The translations under genes were made by a program, and so were the position numbers. Shown piece after piece: positions 1-12,550 of a DNA stretch of 64,000 bases (position 1 is its first letter; every line of letters begins with the position of its first letter). A model generated the notes under the pieces. It worked only from the letters and a program-made list of their open reading frames with translations. It searched no databases and was not told where the DNA came from. The stretch comes from Squalus acanthias (taxonomy: Eukaryota): assembly GCA_030390025.1 (NCBI GenBank), contig CM059432.1, positions 6,014,001 to 6,078,000 of the forward strand, written 5' to 3'.

Positions 1-266
1 CGTGGTTCAGAACAGGCGTGCTTCACGTAGAACAAGGGTTAAAATCACAAAGGCCTTTCAAAATGGCATTATAGAGCCAATTTAGTGCTTGTTAAGGGCC
101 TTAACAGCCTATCCCGTCTCTTAAAGGCGGGACACAGTCGGGACCAGCAGACACGATTTCATGAAAATTGCATGGAGGCGGACTTCTGCCCGCCCGCCAG
201 TTTTCGCAATTTTAACCCCCCACACGCCTCCAAACCCGCCTCCACGGGGCAATGAAAATCCAGCCC
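1..266. mobile_element. GC-rich non-autonomous DNA transposon end (Harbinger-type MITE), cut by window start
   Basis: CCCGCC-rich; ends in GAAAATCCAGCCC, resembling termini at 24770-24784, 25681-25695, 26239, 27954 and 32520. Confidence 0.5.
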
Positions 267-309
267 TTTGTGTCTGTCTTCACAGCAGAAGACACAAAAA
301 AACATTCCG

Positions 310-1953
310 GAATAATGGGGAATCAAGGGTCCAGAGAGAATGAGGAACTTAAATAAATCAGTATATGTAACGACATAGTGCTGGAGAAATTAATGGGACT
401 AAGTGGCGACAAATCCCCTGGACCGGACGACCTGCATCCTAGGGTTTTAAAAGAGGTAGCTGCAGAGATAGTGGATTCACTGGTATTAATCTTCCAGAAT
501 TCCCTAGATTCTAGAACAGTCCCCAAGGATTGGAAGGTAGCAGCCATCCCCGCTATTTATGTAAGGAGGAAGAGAAAAAACGGGGAACTATAGGCCAGTT
601 CGCCTGACATCAGTAGTAGGCAAAATGCTAGAATCTATTATTAGGGACGTGGTAACAGGGCACTTAGAAAATCAAAATATGATTAGGCAGAGTCAAGTTA
701 GTTGTATGAAAGGGAAATCGTGTTTGACAAATCTGTTAGAGTTTTTTGAAGATGTAACCAGTAGGATGGATAAGGGGGAACCAGTGGATGTAGCGTATTT
801 GGATTTTCAAAAAGCATTCGATAAGGTGCCACACAAGAGGTTACTACACAAAATTAGGACTCATGGGATTGGGGTTAATATATTAGCATGGATTGAGGAT
901 TGGTTAATGGACAGAAAACAGAGAGTAGGAATAAATGGGACTTTTTCAGGTTGGCAGGCTGTAACTAGCAGGGGTACCGCAAGGATCAGTGCTTGGACCT
1001 CAGCTATTTACAATCTACATTAATGACTTAGATGAAGGGACTGAGTGTAACGTATCCAAGTTTGCTGATGATACAAAGTTTGGTGGGAAAGTAAGCTGTG
1101 AGAAGGACGCAAAGAGGCTGCAGAGAAAAAGACAGGTTGATTGAGTGGGTAAGAACATGGCAAATGGAATACAATGAGGGGAAGTGTAAAGTTATCCACT
1201 TTGGTAGGAAAAACAAAAAAGCAGAATATTTTTTGAATGGTGAGAGACTGGGAAACGTTGGTGTTCAGAGGGACCTGGGTGTCCTTGTACACGAATCACA
1301 GAAAGTTAACATGCAGGTACAGCAAGCAATTAGGAAAGCAAATGGTATGTTAGCTTTTGTTACATAGGGATAAGAGTATAAGAGTAAAGAAGTCTTACTA
1401 CAATTATACAGGGCATTGGTGAGGCCACACCTGGAGTACCGTGTACAGTTCAAGTCTCCTTACCTAAGGAAAGACATACTTGCCTTATATGGAGGGCAAC
1501 AAAGGTTCACTAGACTGGTTCCTAGGATGAGGTGATTGCCCTCTGAGAAGAGATTGAGCAGACTAGGCCTATATTCCTTAGAGTTTAGAAGAATGAGAGG
1601 TGATCTAATTGAAACATATAAAATTCTTAAGGGGCTTGACAGGGTTAATGCTGAGAATATGTTTCCCCTGGCTGGGGAATCTAGAACACGGGGTCACTGT
1701 CTCAGAATAAGGGGTAGGCCATTTAGGACTGAGATGAGGAGAAATTTCTTCACTCAAAGTGTTGTGAATCTTTGGAATTCTCTACCCCAGAGAGCTGCGG
1801 ATGCTCAGTCGTTGAGTATATTCAAGACAGAAGTCGATAAATTTTTGGCAACTAAGGGAATTAAAGGATATGGGGATCGTGCGGGAAGGTGGAGTTGAGG
1901 TAGATCAGCCATGATCTTGTTGAATGGCGGAGCAGGCTCCTATGTTCTTATGC
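310..1953 (+). mobile_element. CR1 LINE, 5'-truncated ORF2 (RT) and 3' tail, frameshifted
   Basis: KSPGPDDLHPRVLKE, KSCLTNLLEFFE, YLDFQKAFDKVPH, LYSLEFRRMRGDLIE motifs across several frames; tail ending CCTATGTTCTTATG. Confidence 0.95.
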
Positions 1954-2094
1954 TCATCTGTAATAAATTTTGTAGAGGGGTCCATCAATCCAACGTTAAT
2001 ATATTTAACATATTAATGTCTGTCTGCAGATTGGGCACAGGCTGTCGCACTGCTAAATTGGTAAAAGGCGGCGCAATGCATACCAATTTCTACC

Positions 2095-2410
2095 CTATAG
2101 TCTCGGCTGACACTACAGCTCGGTTCTGAGGGAGTGCTGATTGTAAGAGATGCAGTCCTTCAGATGTTAAACTGAATTCCAACAGCCTGGCTCATGTTGA
2201 TTAATTAAAGATCCCATAGCACTTTCCCTAGGTTGTAGCTAACATTCCTCCTTCAATTGACACCACCAAAAACAGATTTACTGGACATTGATCTCTGTGT
2301 ACAAAATGACTCCAATTACTGTACTTCAAAGTCGTTTGTTGTATGCAATGCACTTTGGGCTGCTTCTAACAGATATGCAAAGGCCCCAAGGCCAGTATTT
2401 CTTTCTTCTT
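2095..2410 (+). mobile_element. Degenerate Deu-domain SINE
   Basis: Patchy similarity to 34665-35087 (CTGAGGGAGTGCTG, AAAGATCCCATAGCAC, AAAACAGATT, ACTTCAAA). Confidence 0.6.
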
Positions 2411-3004
2411 TCTAATGAAAATTAAATGTGGCAAAATTATTTACTCTGAAAAAATCTATTTGAAATGAACTGAACTATAAATATCTGCATAGCAACTAAT
2501 CAAAGTTTCATTGGAAAATGTAGCTTTGCCCACACTGCAACATAAACAATTTCTGCCTCTCCTTTCTACTTCATCCGAGAGATTTTTTATCGGGTTTCAG
2601 TCAGGACTCTGTCCTAAGCACTCCTATCAAAAGCCACTTATTCGTATCGCAATCCTAATACACTGCACCATCAGCTGAAGAAAAGTACAATGGGTCTGGG
2701 TCTTTCTTTTTGTGCTGCTGGATTGTCCAGCCCATCTTGTTCAAATTGGGCAGTCCGACTGGAGCCATGCAAAAGAATAGATAGGTCAAAGAAAGTCTAC
2801 ACAGAAGTTCAGCAACAAACCACCACATAAAAGTTGATATTCAGGGAACTTGTAACTACTATAAAGCTATAGTGTATCATTGTTTACGTTCACTTATCCA
2901 TTTAATGTTTGATAAATCTATTTGTCCATTTATAGCTTAAGGCATGATCCAGTCAAGTGTTTATTCTACTGCCTTCCAAAGTTAAGGAGGAAAACAAGAG
3001 GAAT

Positions 3005-3462
3005 TGTGGTTGGAGAATCTTAGCTATGAGGAAAGATTGGATAGGCTGGGGTTGTTTTCTTTGGAACAGAGGAGGCTAAGAGATTTAATTGAGGTGTATA
3101 AAATTATGAGGGGCCAAGATACAGTGGATAGGAAGCACCTATTTCCCTTAGCAGAGAGGTCAATAATAAACAGGGGGCATAGATTTAAAGTAATTGATAG
3201 AAGGATTGGAGGGGAGTTGAGGAGAACTTTTTTTCACCCAGAGGGTGGTGGGGGTCTGGAACTCACTGCCTGAAAGGGTGGTAGAGGCAGAAACCCTCAT
3301 CGCATTTAAAAAGTACTTGCATATGCACTTGAAGTGTCGTAACCTACAAGGCTACGGGCCAAGAGCTGGAAAAAGAGATTAGGCTGGATAGCTCTTTTTT
3401 GGCCGGCACAGACAAGATGGGCCCAATGGTCTCCTTCTCTGCCGTATATTTCCATGATTCTA
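3005..3462 (+). mobile_element. CR1 LINE 3' fragment
   Basis: LSYEERLDRLGLFSLEQRRLR and CR1 3' UTR. Confidence 0.9.
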
Positions 3463-3929
3463 TAATTAGTAATCAAAATACAGTAATGCGGGTTTTCTGT
3501 TCTATTCCTGGGCTTGTTGCAAATTATCCAGATATTGGACAGGTAAAGGAACACTGCAGTTCAGAGAGAATGAGGGCTCATTTACCGAAGTGGTCTGAAA
3601 AAATATTTAGGGTTAAAAACAAAATCATAACACAGTAGTGATCTTTTATTTAATTATCTCCCACACTCTGCTGTGCCTTTTGATCTGCCAATCTGGGCTT
3701 GATCCTTTTTTATTACTGTATACTAAAATTAACTAATTTCTCATCCAATATCTTGATCTTGCACTCCAGTTTTTCTTTACTTCAATATGAACTAATTAGG
3801 TTACGGTAGCTATTTCCCAAGTGTTCTCCTTATTTTAGGTTGCTTACTTGACTTCCTTCAAAACCTATAATCAGATCACTGCATTGTGTCAGTTCTTTGC
3901 TAGAGCAATCCTTAACTAATCACACTGTC

Positions 3930-4085
3930 CTAATAGCCCTATTTCTTCGTCCTACTTCAAATGTGTCCCTCTTCCATTAAAAGATGCAGTGGTCTCGGTC
4001 TGAACTATTCTCTCTGGAAAAGCATTCCACACTCTCATAACCTTCTGCATAACAATATTTCTCCTAACCCTTCTCCTCGGGCCTG
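3930..4085 (-). mobile_element. Degenerate CR1 3' fragment
   Basis: QKVMRVWNAFPE resembles CR1 TQRVVxxWNxLPE. Confidence 0.6.
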
Positions 4086-4329
4086 AAATTGTGCTCCCAG
4101 TGCTACAGAGATTTCTTTGTTGCATGGCCACCACAAACTCTCTCAGTTCAGAAGTGCCCTAACTGTCCTGAAATGTGTTCCAGCTCATTGGAATAACTAT
4201 ACATAGCTACCTAAGTAACAAATTAGATCAAGTAGATTAGTTAAATATGTTTGAGCACCTTGGGAATAGCGACCATAATACAATAAGGTTTAACGTCCAA
4301 AAAGGAAAAAAAGTACAAAAACAAGGGCA

Positions 4330-5020
4330 CTAGATTGGAATAGGGCCAATTTTAGAAAGGTGATGAGTGAGTTTACCAAGGTGAAGTGGAAAGAGAAATT
4401 TGCATAGTGGACTGTAGTTCAACAACAGATGTTGTGTACATGAACTTTCAAACAGCCTTTGACAAGGTACCACAAGGACACTATTGGAAAAATTATGGAG
4501 TATGAAATTCGGAGGAGGGTAGCAAAATGGGATTAAATGCCAGTTAGAAAGGAGGAAAGAGAGTGTAGGAATTAAGGGCAGTTTCTCAGATTAGTTGAAA
4601 GTGGGAGGTGGTGTCCCATGGGTTCTGTTCTGGGACTGCTTCTGTTTACTGTGTATATCAGTAATTTGGACATAGGGCCAGAGGGAACAGTGTCCAGATT
4701 TGCAGGCAATACTAAAATAGGAGGCACAGTAAACAATTCTGAGGACTAAAGGAAGCTGCAAGGGGATGATGATGGAATGGTGAAAAAATAAAATAAATTA
4801 TGCTTTGAAGGAGAGAAAGCTTGGTGACATGAAAGAGCAGAAGGATTTGGAGGTTCAGGTTCACAAGACATTAAAAGCAGCACCTCAAATGCATAACCCC
4901 ATAAAAAATGCTAATGAAATATTGGGTTTTATGGCAAAAGGTATAGAATAGAAAAGTAGAGATGTAATAGTGAATCTATATAAAGCTCCAATAAGATAGT
5001 TGGAATGCTGTGTGCCACGG
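4330..5020 (+). mobile_element. Highly degenerate CR1 ORF2 fragments
   Basis: GATGTTGTGTACATGAACTTTCAAACAGCCTTTGACAAGGTACCAC (DVVYMxFQxAFDKVP) and downstream RT remnants. Confidence 0.75.
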
Positions 5021-5473
5021 GAGTAAAATGATATATACAAACACACATGCACAATACATTGCAATCATTTATCTTTCATTTGTACAATAAAAACAAGCTT
5101 CCAATTGAACGTTTTCCTCTTGCTGATAGTAACAATTAATTAATTTGGAGAGATTGTTGATAGTATTCTGTCATCAGATGATGGTATCGCTTTACTTGCT
5201 ACTGTTAGCTAAAAACAAAATCAAACAGCAGAGAATATTGAATAGGAAGATTTTATTAAGGCAGGATTTTATTTACAATGTCAATGAAAAGTGTCATTTT
5301 GTGTGTGTTGACGGCACTTCAAATAACTTACAGAACAAAATTCTGATATAATGTCGGCCAGCAGGAAACAGTGAGATAGGGTGAGTCAGTGTATATGCAC
5401 TGCAAATAATCGTCACAAAGCAACGAATAGCTGGATAAATGAAAATGGAAATGGAATTTTTTTTAATTAATTA

Positions 5474-5925
5474 ATTTTTAATTCATTCGCGGGATGTGGG
5501 CGTCGCTGGCAAGGCAAGGTCGGCATTTATTGCCCATCCCTACTTGCCTTCTTGAACCACTGCAGACAGTGTGGTATACTTCTTTGTAGCTTTTTTTTTG
5601 GTACAACTGAATGGCTTGCTTGGCCATTTCAGAGGGCAGTTAAGAGTCAACCACATTGCTGTGGGTCTGGGGTCACATATAAGCCAGACCGAGTAAGGAC
5701 GGCAGATTTCCTTCCCTAAAGGACATTAGTGAACCAGGTGGGTTTTTTACAACAATCCAGTAGTTTTATGGTCACCATTACTAATACTAGCTTTTTATTC
5801 CAAATTTTATTTAATTAACTGAATTTAAATTCCGCAGCTGCAATGGTAGGATTTGAACTCATGTCGCCAGATCATTAGTCCAGGCCTCTGGATTACTAGT
5901 CCAGTAACATAACCACTATGCTACC
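5474..5925 (-). mobile_element. tRNA-headed SINE with meta-domain-like core and the 3' tail of the second CR1-group family
   Basis: Minus strand: GGTAGCATAGTGGTT (A box), GAGTTCAAATCC (B box), core GGAAGGAAATCTGCCGTCCTTAC...GCAATGTGGTTGACTCTTAACTGCCCTCTG, tail GGGATGGGCAATAAATG...CCAGCGACGCCCACATCCC as at 23041-23100. Confidence 0.8.
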
Positions 5926-5984
5926 ATTCCCTGCTACGAGCTATCTGTTGAATTTTTTTTCTGTATTCAGTAGAAATTATTTAC

Positions 5985-6063
5985 AGTCTGGAGCTTTCCT
6001 TCATCTTTTGCGCCGATTCTTAAAAATCTTCGCCAAAATCCTTTGTTGCTCATTAACGTAGCC
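5985..6063 (-). CDS. Candidate internal exon of unidentified host gene: (E)ATLMSNKGFWRRFLRIGAKDEGKLQT
   Basis: Acceptor ttttttacatggggcag, donor ACT|gtaaat, 79 nt, phase 2 in and 0 out; phase matches exon 15048-15151; non-repeat sequence. Confidence 0.45.
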
Positions 6064-6134
6064 CTGCCCCATGTAAAAAAGTAACTCATACAAATTTTGT
6101 GCATTTATGCTCGTTTTCTGTGGGCATAGTTTTA

Positions 6135-6985
6135 ACATGGAACACAGGAGTAGGCATGCAGCCCTTTGAGGCTGTTCCGCCATTCAAATTCGACCATGGC
6201 TGATTTGTACCTCAACTCATTTACCTACCTTTGCTCCATATCATTTAATAACCTTACCCAACAAAAATCTATTGATCTCAGTCTTCAAAATGTCAAAACC
6301 CAGCATCCACAGCCTTTTGAGGGAGCGAGTTCCAGATTTCCACTACCCTTTGTGTGAAAAAGCACTTCCTGATTTCACTCTTAAATGAACGAGCTTTAAT
6401 TTTAAGATTGTGCCCCCTTCTTCTGGTTTCCCCACCATAGAAAATGGTTTCTCTGTGCTACCCTATCAAATCCATTTAACATTTTAAACACCTTGATTAG
6501 ATCACTGCTCAACATTCTGAACTCAAGGGAACACAAGCCATGTTTATGCAACCTGTCCTCATAATTTAACCCTTTAAGCCCTGGTATCATTTTGATGAAT
6601 CTGCGCTGTACCCCATTCAAGGCCAATATATATTATGAGGTCCTGTGCCCAAACCATTGGTTACATCCTGCCCACTGGAGAAAGCTCTCTTTATCCCTTC
6701 TCTCTGATTCCTATCTCCCAACCAATTACCAACCGATGTCATAAGATTACCTCCAATTCCATGTGCTTTCATTTTGCTAATGATCTCTCATGCAAATGCC
6801 TTCTGGAAGTCTATATTGACAACATCCATAGAGACACCCCTATCCGCCATGTTAGTGACCTCCACAAAAAATTCAACTAGATTAGTCAGACATGACCTAC
6901 CCTTCACAAATCCATGCTGAGGCTCTCTGATCAGGTCATACTTGTCCAAGTGCTCAGTCACTCTGTCTCTAATGATAGATTCAAC
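6135..6985 (-). mobile_element. Degenerate CR1 LINE (RT and 3' end, internally deleted)
   Basis: QHGFVKGRSCLTNL, IDFQKAF, VQRRFIKMIPGLKGLNYEDRL. Confidence 0.9.
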
Positions 6986-8555
6986 TGGAGACACATAAAG
7001 CACGCTACTGTCACTGAGGTTTACTGTTTAAGAGTTGCAACACTGGAATTAGTGAAACTTCTTAGGCAGGCAAATGGTGGGGAAACAACAGAGAAACAAA
7101 TCACATGCTATAGAGCCCATTGGCAAAAGGAATCCATAGCACAACAAGCAAGCTAGTTATACTTCAGCAGCAATTATTTCAGTAAAATTATGGTAACTGT
7201 ATTTGTTAACTACCCTGTAACCATAAAAATGGAAATCTGGAAATTCAGCCAATTGATATCAGTAGCAGGGTGCTGAAGTTGAAGGCCGTAGAAAGTTATT
7301 ATGAGATTTTTTCCTTTGGAACAACTGTTTTATGATCTCTAGTTTTAAAAAAACATGTATGTAATAAAAATGTTACTTCAGGTCAGAAAAGCCAGGTACT
7401 GTTAATGGTCTGAAAAAGGAATTCAACCTCATGTATTACTGCAATGCAATAAAATTAACAATCCCACACTACTGTAATTCAAAACAGTGCAATGTTACAG
7501 ATTTACGAGACTCTATATTGTTTTATAGTTATTTTACAAGAATTTTACAACAAGCATTAAACTACTCAGTAATGTTATTTGTTTAAATATTGTATAAAAA
7601 ATACAACAAGGTTCACTGACTTTCAAATTGTTACAAGTGTAGCACATTTTACTCTAAGTAATCATGGTCGTCAAAATTCTCCAATATAACTAAATATAAC
7701 TAGTTGGTTCACAGTTAATTAAATAAAATCTAATTTTATTAGTATACATCGGGGTAACATTCTAAAAAGACACTGACTGTTCCCTCCGCTGATTTCTAGG
7801 AGGAACTGTGGCGGGTGCAGATGGAAGATAATCCAGGGGGGACACTCTTCTACGTCCCCACCCATTTTCACAGCTATCTGATTTCTCACCGGAGGCTATG
7901 GGCAACATTCAATACAAACATTCCGAAATGATATTCAAATAACGGAAATATGTATCATCTGCATGTTTCCGGTCATCTGACCCGTAGCAATACTGGTCAG
8001 AAGGCTCCAGGAAGTAAGTTACATTTTGAAATATAGGTTTAAATATTAGTAACAAATTGAGATTCACCAGCAGCTTGGAGGCCGCTGGCAACATGAGGCT
8101 GTGGCAGGTCTTTGAGGCCTGTCACAGCATATCTCCGCCCCAACTAGTGGCGGACTCCTTGGCAGAAGTCAGCAAGCTTGCTAAAAATATTAAAGTGATC
8201 TTGAGGCTGGAATATGGGCTGGGATCACCGACTCTACTTTGTGGATGTTCCACCAAAACGAACTTACGCCCCAAGACCACAAAAGCAGAAGATTCATTTT
8301 TTTAAAAAGCTAACATTTCATACTTGTAAAACTGATGAGCATGTTGTTACCAATAACGGTCTTCCTGATCAGAGTTACCACTTTCAGATTCTACTGAGGT
8401 TGGGATGCCTCAAAACAAACAACCACCACTTGGCCAGGCACTCCCAATCTACCCCGTAAGTCACTACTGTATCTCATGTGTACTATCTTTCAGCCACTGA
8501 AATAACAAGATAGTATTCAAAGTGTGCTCATAGTACCAAACATAATTTGACAGAA

Positions 8556-10322
8556 TATAATGGGGAACAAAGAAATGGCAGACCAATTAAATACATACTT
8601 TGGTTCTGTCTTCACAAAGGAGGACACAAATAAACTCCCAGAGATGTCGGGGAACATAGGGTCTAATGAGAGGGAGGAATTGAATTAAATCAGTATTTGT
8701 AGGGAAATGGTGTTAGGGAAATTGACGGGATTGAAGGCCGATAAATCCCCAGGGCCTGGTAATCTACATCCGAGGGTACTTAAGGAAGTGACCCTAGAAA
8801 TAGTAGATGCATTGCTGGTCATCTTTCAAAATTCTATAGACTCTGGAACAGTTCCCATGGATTGGAGGGTAGCTAATGTAACCCCACTATTTAAAAAAGG
8901 TGGTAGAGAAAAAACAGGGAATTATAGACCGGTAAGCCTGACATCGGTAGTGGGGAAAATGCTAGAGTCCATTATAAAAGATGTAATAGCAGAGCACTTG
9001 GAAAACAGTGACAGGATCGGACAAAGTCAACATGGATTTACAAAAGGTAAATCATGCCTGACTAATCTACTGGAATTTTTGAGGATGTAACTGGTAGAAT
9101 AGATAAGGGAGAACCAGTGGATGTGGTGTATTTGGACTTTCAGAAGGCTTTCGATAAGGTCCCGCATAAGAGATTAGCGTGCAAAGTTAAAGCACATGGG
9201 ATTGGGGGTAAGGTACTGATTTGGATAGAGAACTGGTTGGCAGACAGGAAGCAAAGAGTTGGAATAAACGGGTCTTTTTCCGAGTGGCAGGCAGTGACTA
9301 GTGGGGTACCGCAGGGATCGGTGCTAGGACCCCAGCTATTCACAATATATCTAGTGATCTCGACGAGGGAACCAGATGTAATATCTCTAAGTTTGCAGAC
9401 GACACAAAGCTGGGTGGGCATGTGTGCTGTGAGGAGGATGCAGAGAAACTCCAGTATGATTTGGACAGGTTGGGTGATTGGGCAGATGCATGGCAGATGC
9501 AGTATAATGTGGATAAATGCGAGGTTATCCACTTTGGTGGCAAAAACAGGAAGACAGATTATTATCTGAACGGCAATAGATTGGGAAAAGGGGAAGTGCA
9601 ATGAGATCTGGGAGTCCTTGTGCACCAGTCGCTGAAGGTAAGCATGCAGGTGCAGCAGGCGGTTAAGAAGGCAAATGGTATGTTGGCCTTCATAGCAAGA
9701 GGATTCGAGTACAGGAGCAAGGATGTCTTGCTGCAGTTGTACAAGGCCTTGGTGAGACCACACCTTGAGTATTGTGTGCAGTTTTGGTCACCTTATCTGA
9801 GGAAGGATGTTCTTGCCATGGAGGGAGTGCAGCGAAGATTTACCAGACTGATACCTGGGATGGCAGGAATGACGTATGAAGAGAGATTAGGTCGATTAGG
9901 CTTATATTCGCTAGAGTTTAGAAGAATGAGAGGGGATCTCATTGAAACTTATAAAATTCTAACAGGACGAGACAGACTAGATGCAGGAAGGATGTTCCCG
10001 ATGGCGGGGGAGTCCAGAACCAGAGGTCACAGTTTTAAGGATAAGGGGTAAGCCATTTAGGACTGAGATGAGGAGGAATTTCTTCACCCAGAGAGTGGTG
10101 AACCTGTGGAATTCTCTACCACAGAAGGCCGTTGAGGCCAATTTATAAAATATATTCAAGAAGGAGATAGATATATTTCTTCAGGCTAAAGGGATCAAGG
10201 GATATGGGGAGAAAGCAGGGACAGGGTACTGAATTTAGATGATCAGCCATGATCTCATTAAATGGCGGAACAGGCTCGAGGGGCCGAATGGCCTACTCCT
10301 GCTCCTATCTTCTATGCTTCTA
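8556..10322 (+). mobile_element. CR1 LINE, 5'-truncated, young; same subfamily as 61322-64000
   Basis: RT motifs [23 protein letters not shown]; near identity by eye with 63048-64000; intact 3' UTR. Confidence 0.97.
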
Positions 10323-11449
10323 ATGTGAAGATCTCATTGCTTAGGGGAGTGACCAGTAGGTAGTATTAATTTTCCTTCACTGTGTAATAATTTTAGTAGT
10401 TTCTTCACATTGGAGCCACCAGAGCCAAAGTGGCCATAAAGGCACCGTTAGAAAATTGCGGCCGCAGTTCTAGGTGGACTCCCCATCTCTTGCATTTGAG
10501 AGTTTTCCCACACAACCCAATATCTAATTATACACCAATGTAACCTGGGGAAGTAACACGAGGATCCCCTGGTAATCGGAACTGGATATTTGTGTCTTTC
10601 ACATGCGCCTTCATGTACGTTCCTTTAACCTTTCGGTTGGCAGACTGAACACTTTAGGAGACAAGATCAACTATGATAATTAAGCTGCTTTATTTTTACA
10701 GACAGCAAGTGAACATACAGGGTAAAGCTATAATCAAATCTCACTTACTTCGCACCAGTCCTCATGAATAACAAAAATAATACACCAAGTCACCCTGCCT
10801 TGGGTTAGTGGATTTAATAATTCTTGCCTTTGGTCCATCTAGCATTGAAACAAGGCTGCCCAGTTTTGGTAGGTACTAGTCTACCCAAAAGGCTTTTCTT
10901 GCCTCTCTCATCACACCGTCCTGACTGATTTCCACTCCCTCTGTTAACAGGAAGTGGAGGACCATCCCTTTGACTTCTCTATCACCAGAAGTTGGGGCCG
11001 CAATGATAATCAATCCAGCCTACACTGCTTTTTATTGGGCAAATCAGACAAACATGGTTCTCCATTGGTGCCAATTGATATCAATCACCAGTGAGTTAAA
11101 ACTAAACCATGTTCCAGACCATACTCTGATTGGTCCAATGACAAGTGAAAGGCTGGATCCTGGTTGGTCGCATTCACTCTAACCTGTGGGATTGGATAGC
11201 AGAACTTTCACTCAGAGCGGGGGACCAATGGAGATCGGGGACCAAAGCAGGAGTGTGGTGGCAGGTTGGTTGGAGGAAGGTGGTCAGGTGATAAAATCTC
11301 TGGGATACATCCAACCAAAGTTGTCTAATCTATCTATCGCACCTGGGCTGGCTCTTAAAGAGCTATCCACTTCATCTAATTTCTCTATATTTTCCACGTA
11401 CCCTTATATTCTTCTTAAGTATTCATTTGCATGGCTGCATGGGGCGTAG

Positions 11450-11750
11450 GAAGTGCCTAATCATGATGCTCAAGCCATCATGAATGTGGAGCAAGCTTGA
11501 TAGACCAGCTGGTCTTTTCCTACCAATCATTTTCGGATGTTTGCATTCACTTTCCTTTTAAAAGATATTACGGATTCTGCTTTCACCACTGCTTCTGGTA
11601 GTGCATCCATATCCTGACAACCCTCTGCGTAAACAAAAATTCTCCGAACCTCTCTCTTTGTCTTTTGGTAATGATCTTACATTTATGCCCTCTGGTTACC
11701 AATTCTCCAATCAGTGGAAATAGTTCTCCCCTATTTACCTCATCAAAACT
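11450..11750 (-). mobile_element. Degenerate CR1 3' fragment
   Basis: Reverse complement resembles the CR1 TRGHKxK...FTQRVV region and 3' UTR. Confidence 0.6.
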
Positions 11751-11850
11751 TCTACTTTAGCCAAGTTCCTGTCCATTTTTGCCACATTCCCTTTAAAACC
11801 ATGTGTCCTGATTTTATCAACAAGCCTAGTATGCAGTACCTTATCAAATG

Positions 11851-12290
11851 TCAGCCTTGGCTCAGTTGTAGAACTCTTTCATTAAGTCAGAGGTTATGAG
11901 TTCAAACCAAACTCCAGAGACTTGAGCACATAATCTAGGCTGACATTCCAGTGTAGTACTGAGGGAATACTGCACTGTTGGAGGTGCAGTCTTTCCGATG
12001 CAATGTTAAGCCAAAGCCTCCTCTGCCTTCTTCGGCGGATGTAGAAAATCCCACGACACAATTCAAAAAAGAGCAGGTCTCCTGACCATCATTTATCAGC
12101 ATCACTAAAAGAAATTATCTAGTCATTCATCGCATTGCTGTTTGTGGGACCTCGTGTACAAATTAACTACCACGTTTTTCTACATTACAACACTAACTAC
12201 ACTTCAAAAGTATTTAATTGACTGTGAAGCGCTTTGGGATGCCCAGAGGTTATGAAAAGGCACAATATAAATGCAAGTTCCTTCTATTTT
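11851..12290 (+). mobile_element. tRNA-derived Deu-domain SINE (SacSINE1/AmnSINE1-like)
   Basis: TGGCTCAGTTG A box, GAGTTCAAACC B box, Deu-like body, tail ATATAAATGCAAGTT; AAATG duplication at 11846-11850 and 12291-12295; splits a minus-strand CR1 remnant. Confidence 0.85.
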
Positions 12291-12550
12291 AAATGCCTTT
12301 TGAAAATCCATATACACAACATCGAATGCATTTCCTTATTTCTTCAAAGAACTCTATTAAATTTCTCAGACATGATCTGCCTTTTACCTGTGCTGGCTGT
12401 CCATAATCCAACACAGTTGCTTAAATTCCTTCAATATATTATTACCACTACAAATAAAAGTAACTACATACAACTTTATATGTACCTAGATTTGTATAAA
12501 TATAATTCAGAATGGGGAACTGACTTTGGTCCATTTGTAAGAAAGTTGTA

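Noticed and set aside
2627..2674. Possible terminal exon LMVQCIRIAIRISGF-stop on minus strand
   Set aside because: Good acceptor but nothing else supports it
7909..8094. Minus-strand exon candidate
   Set aside because: Lies in MITE-like sequence; the phase needed between exons 15048 and 6063 hits a stop
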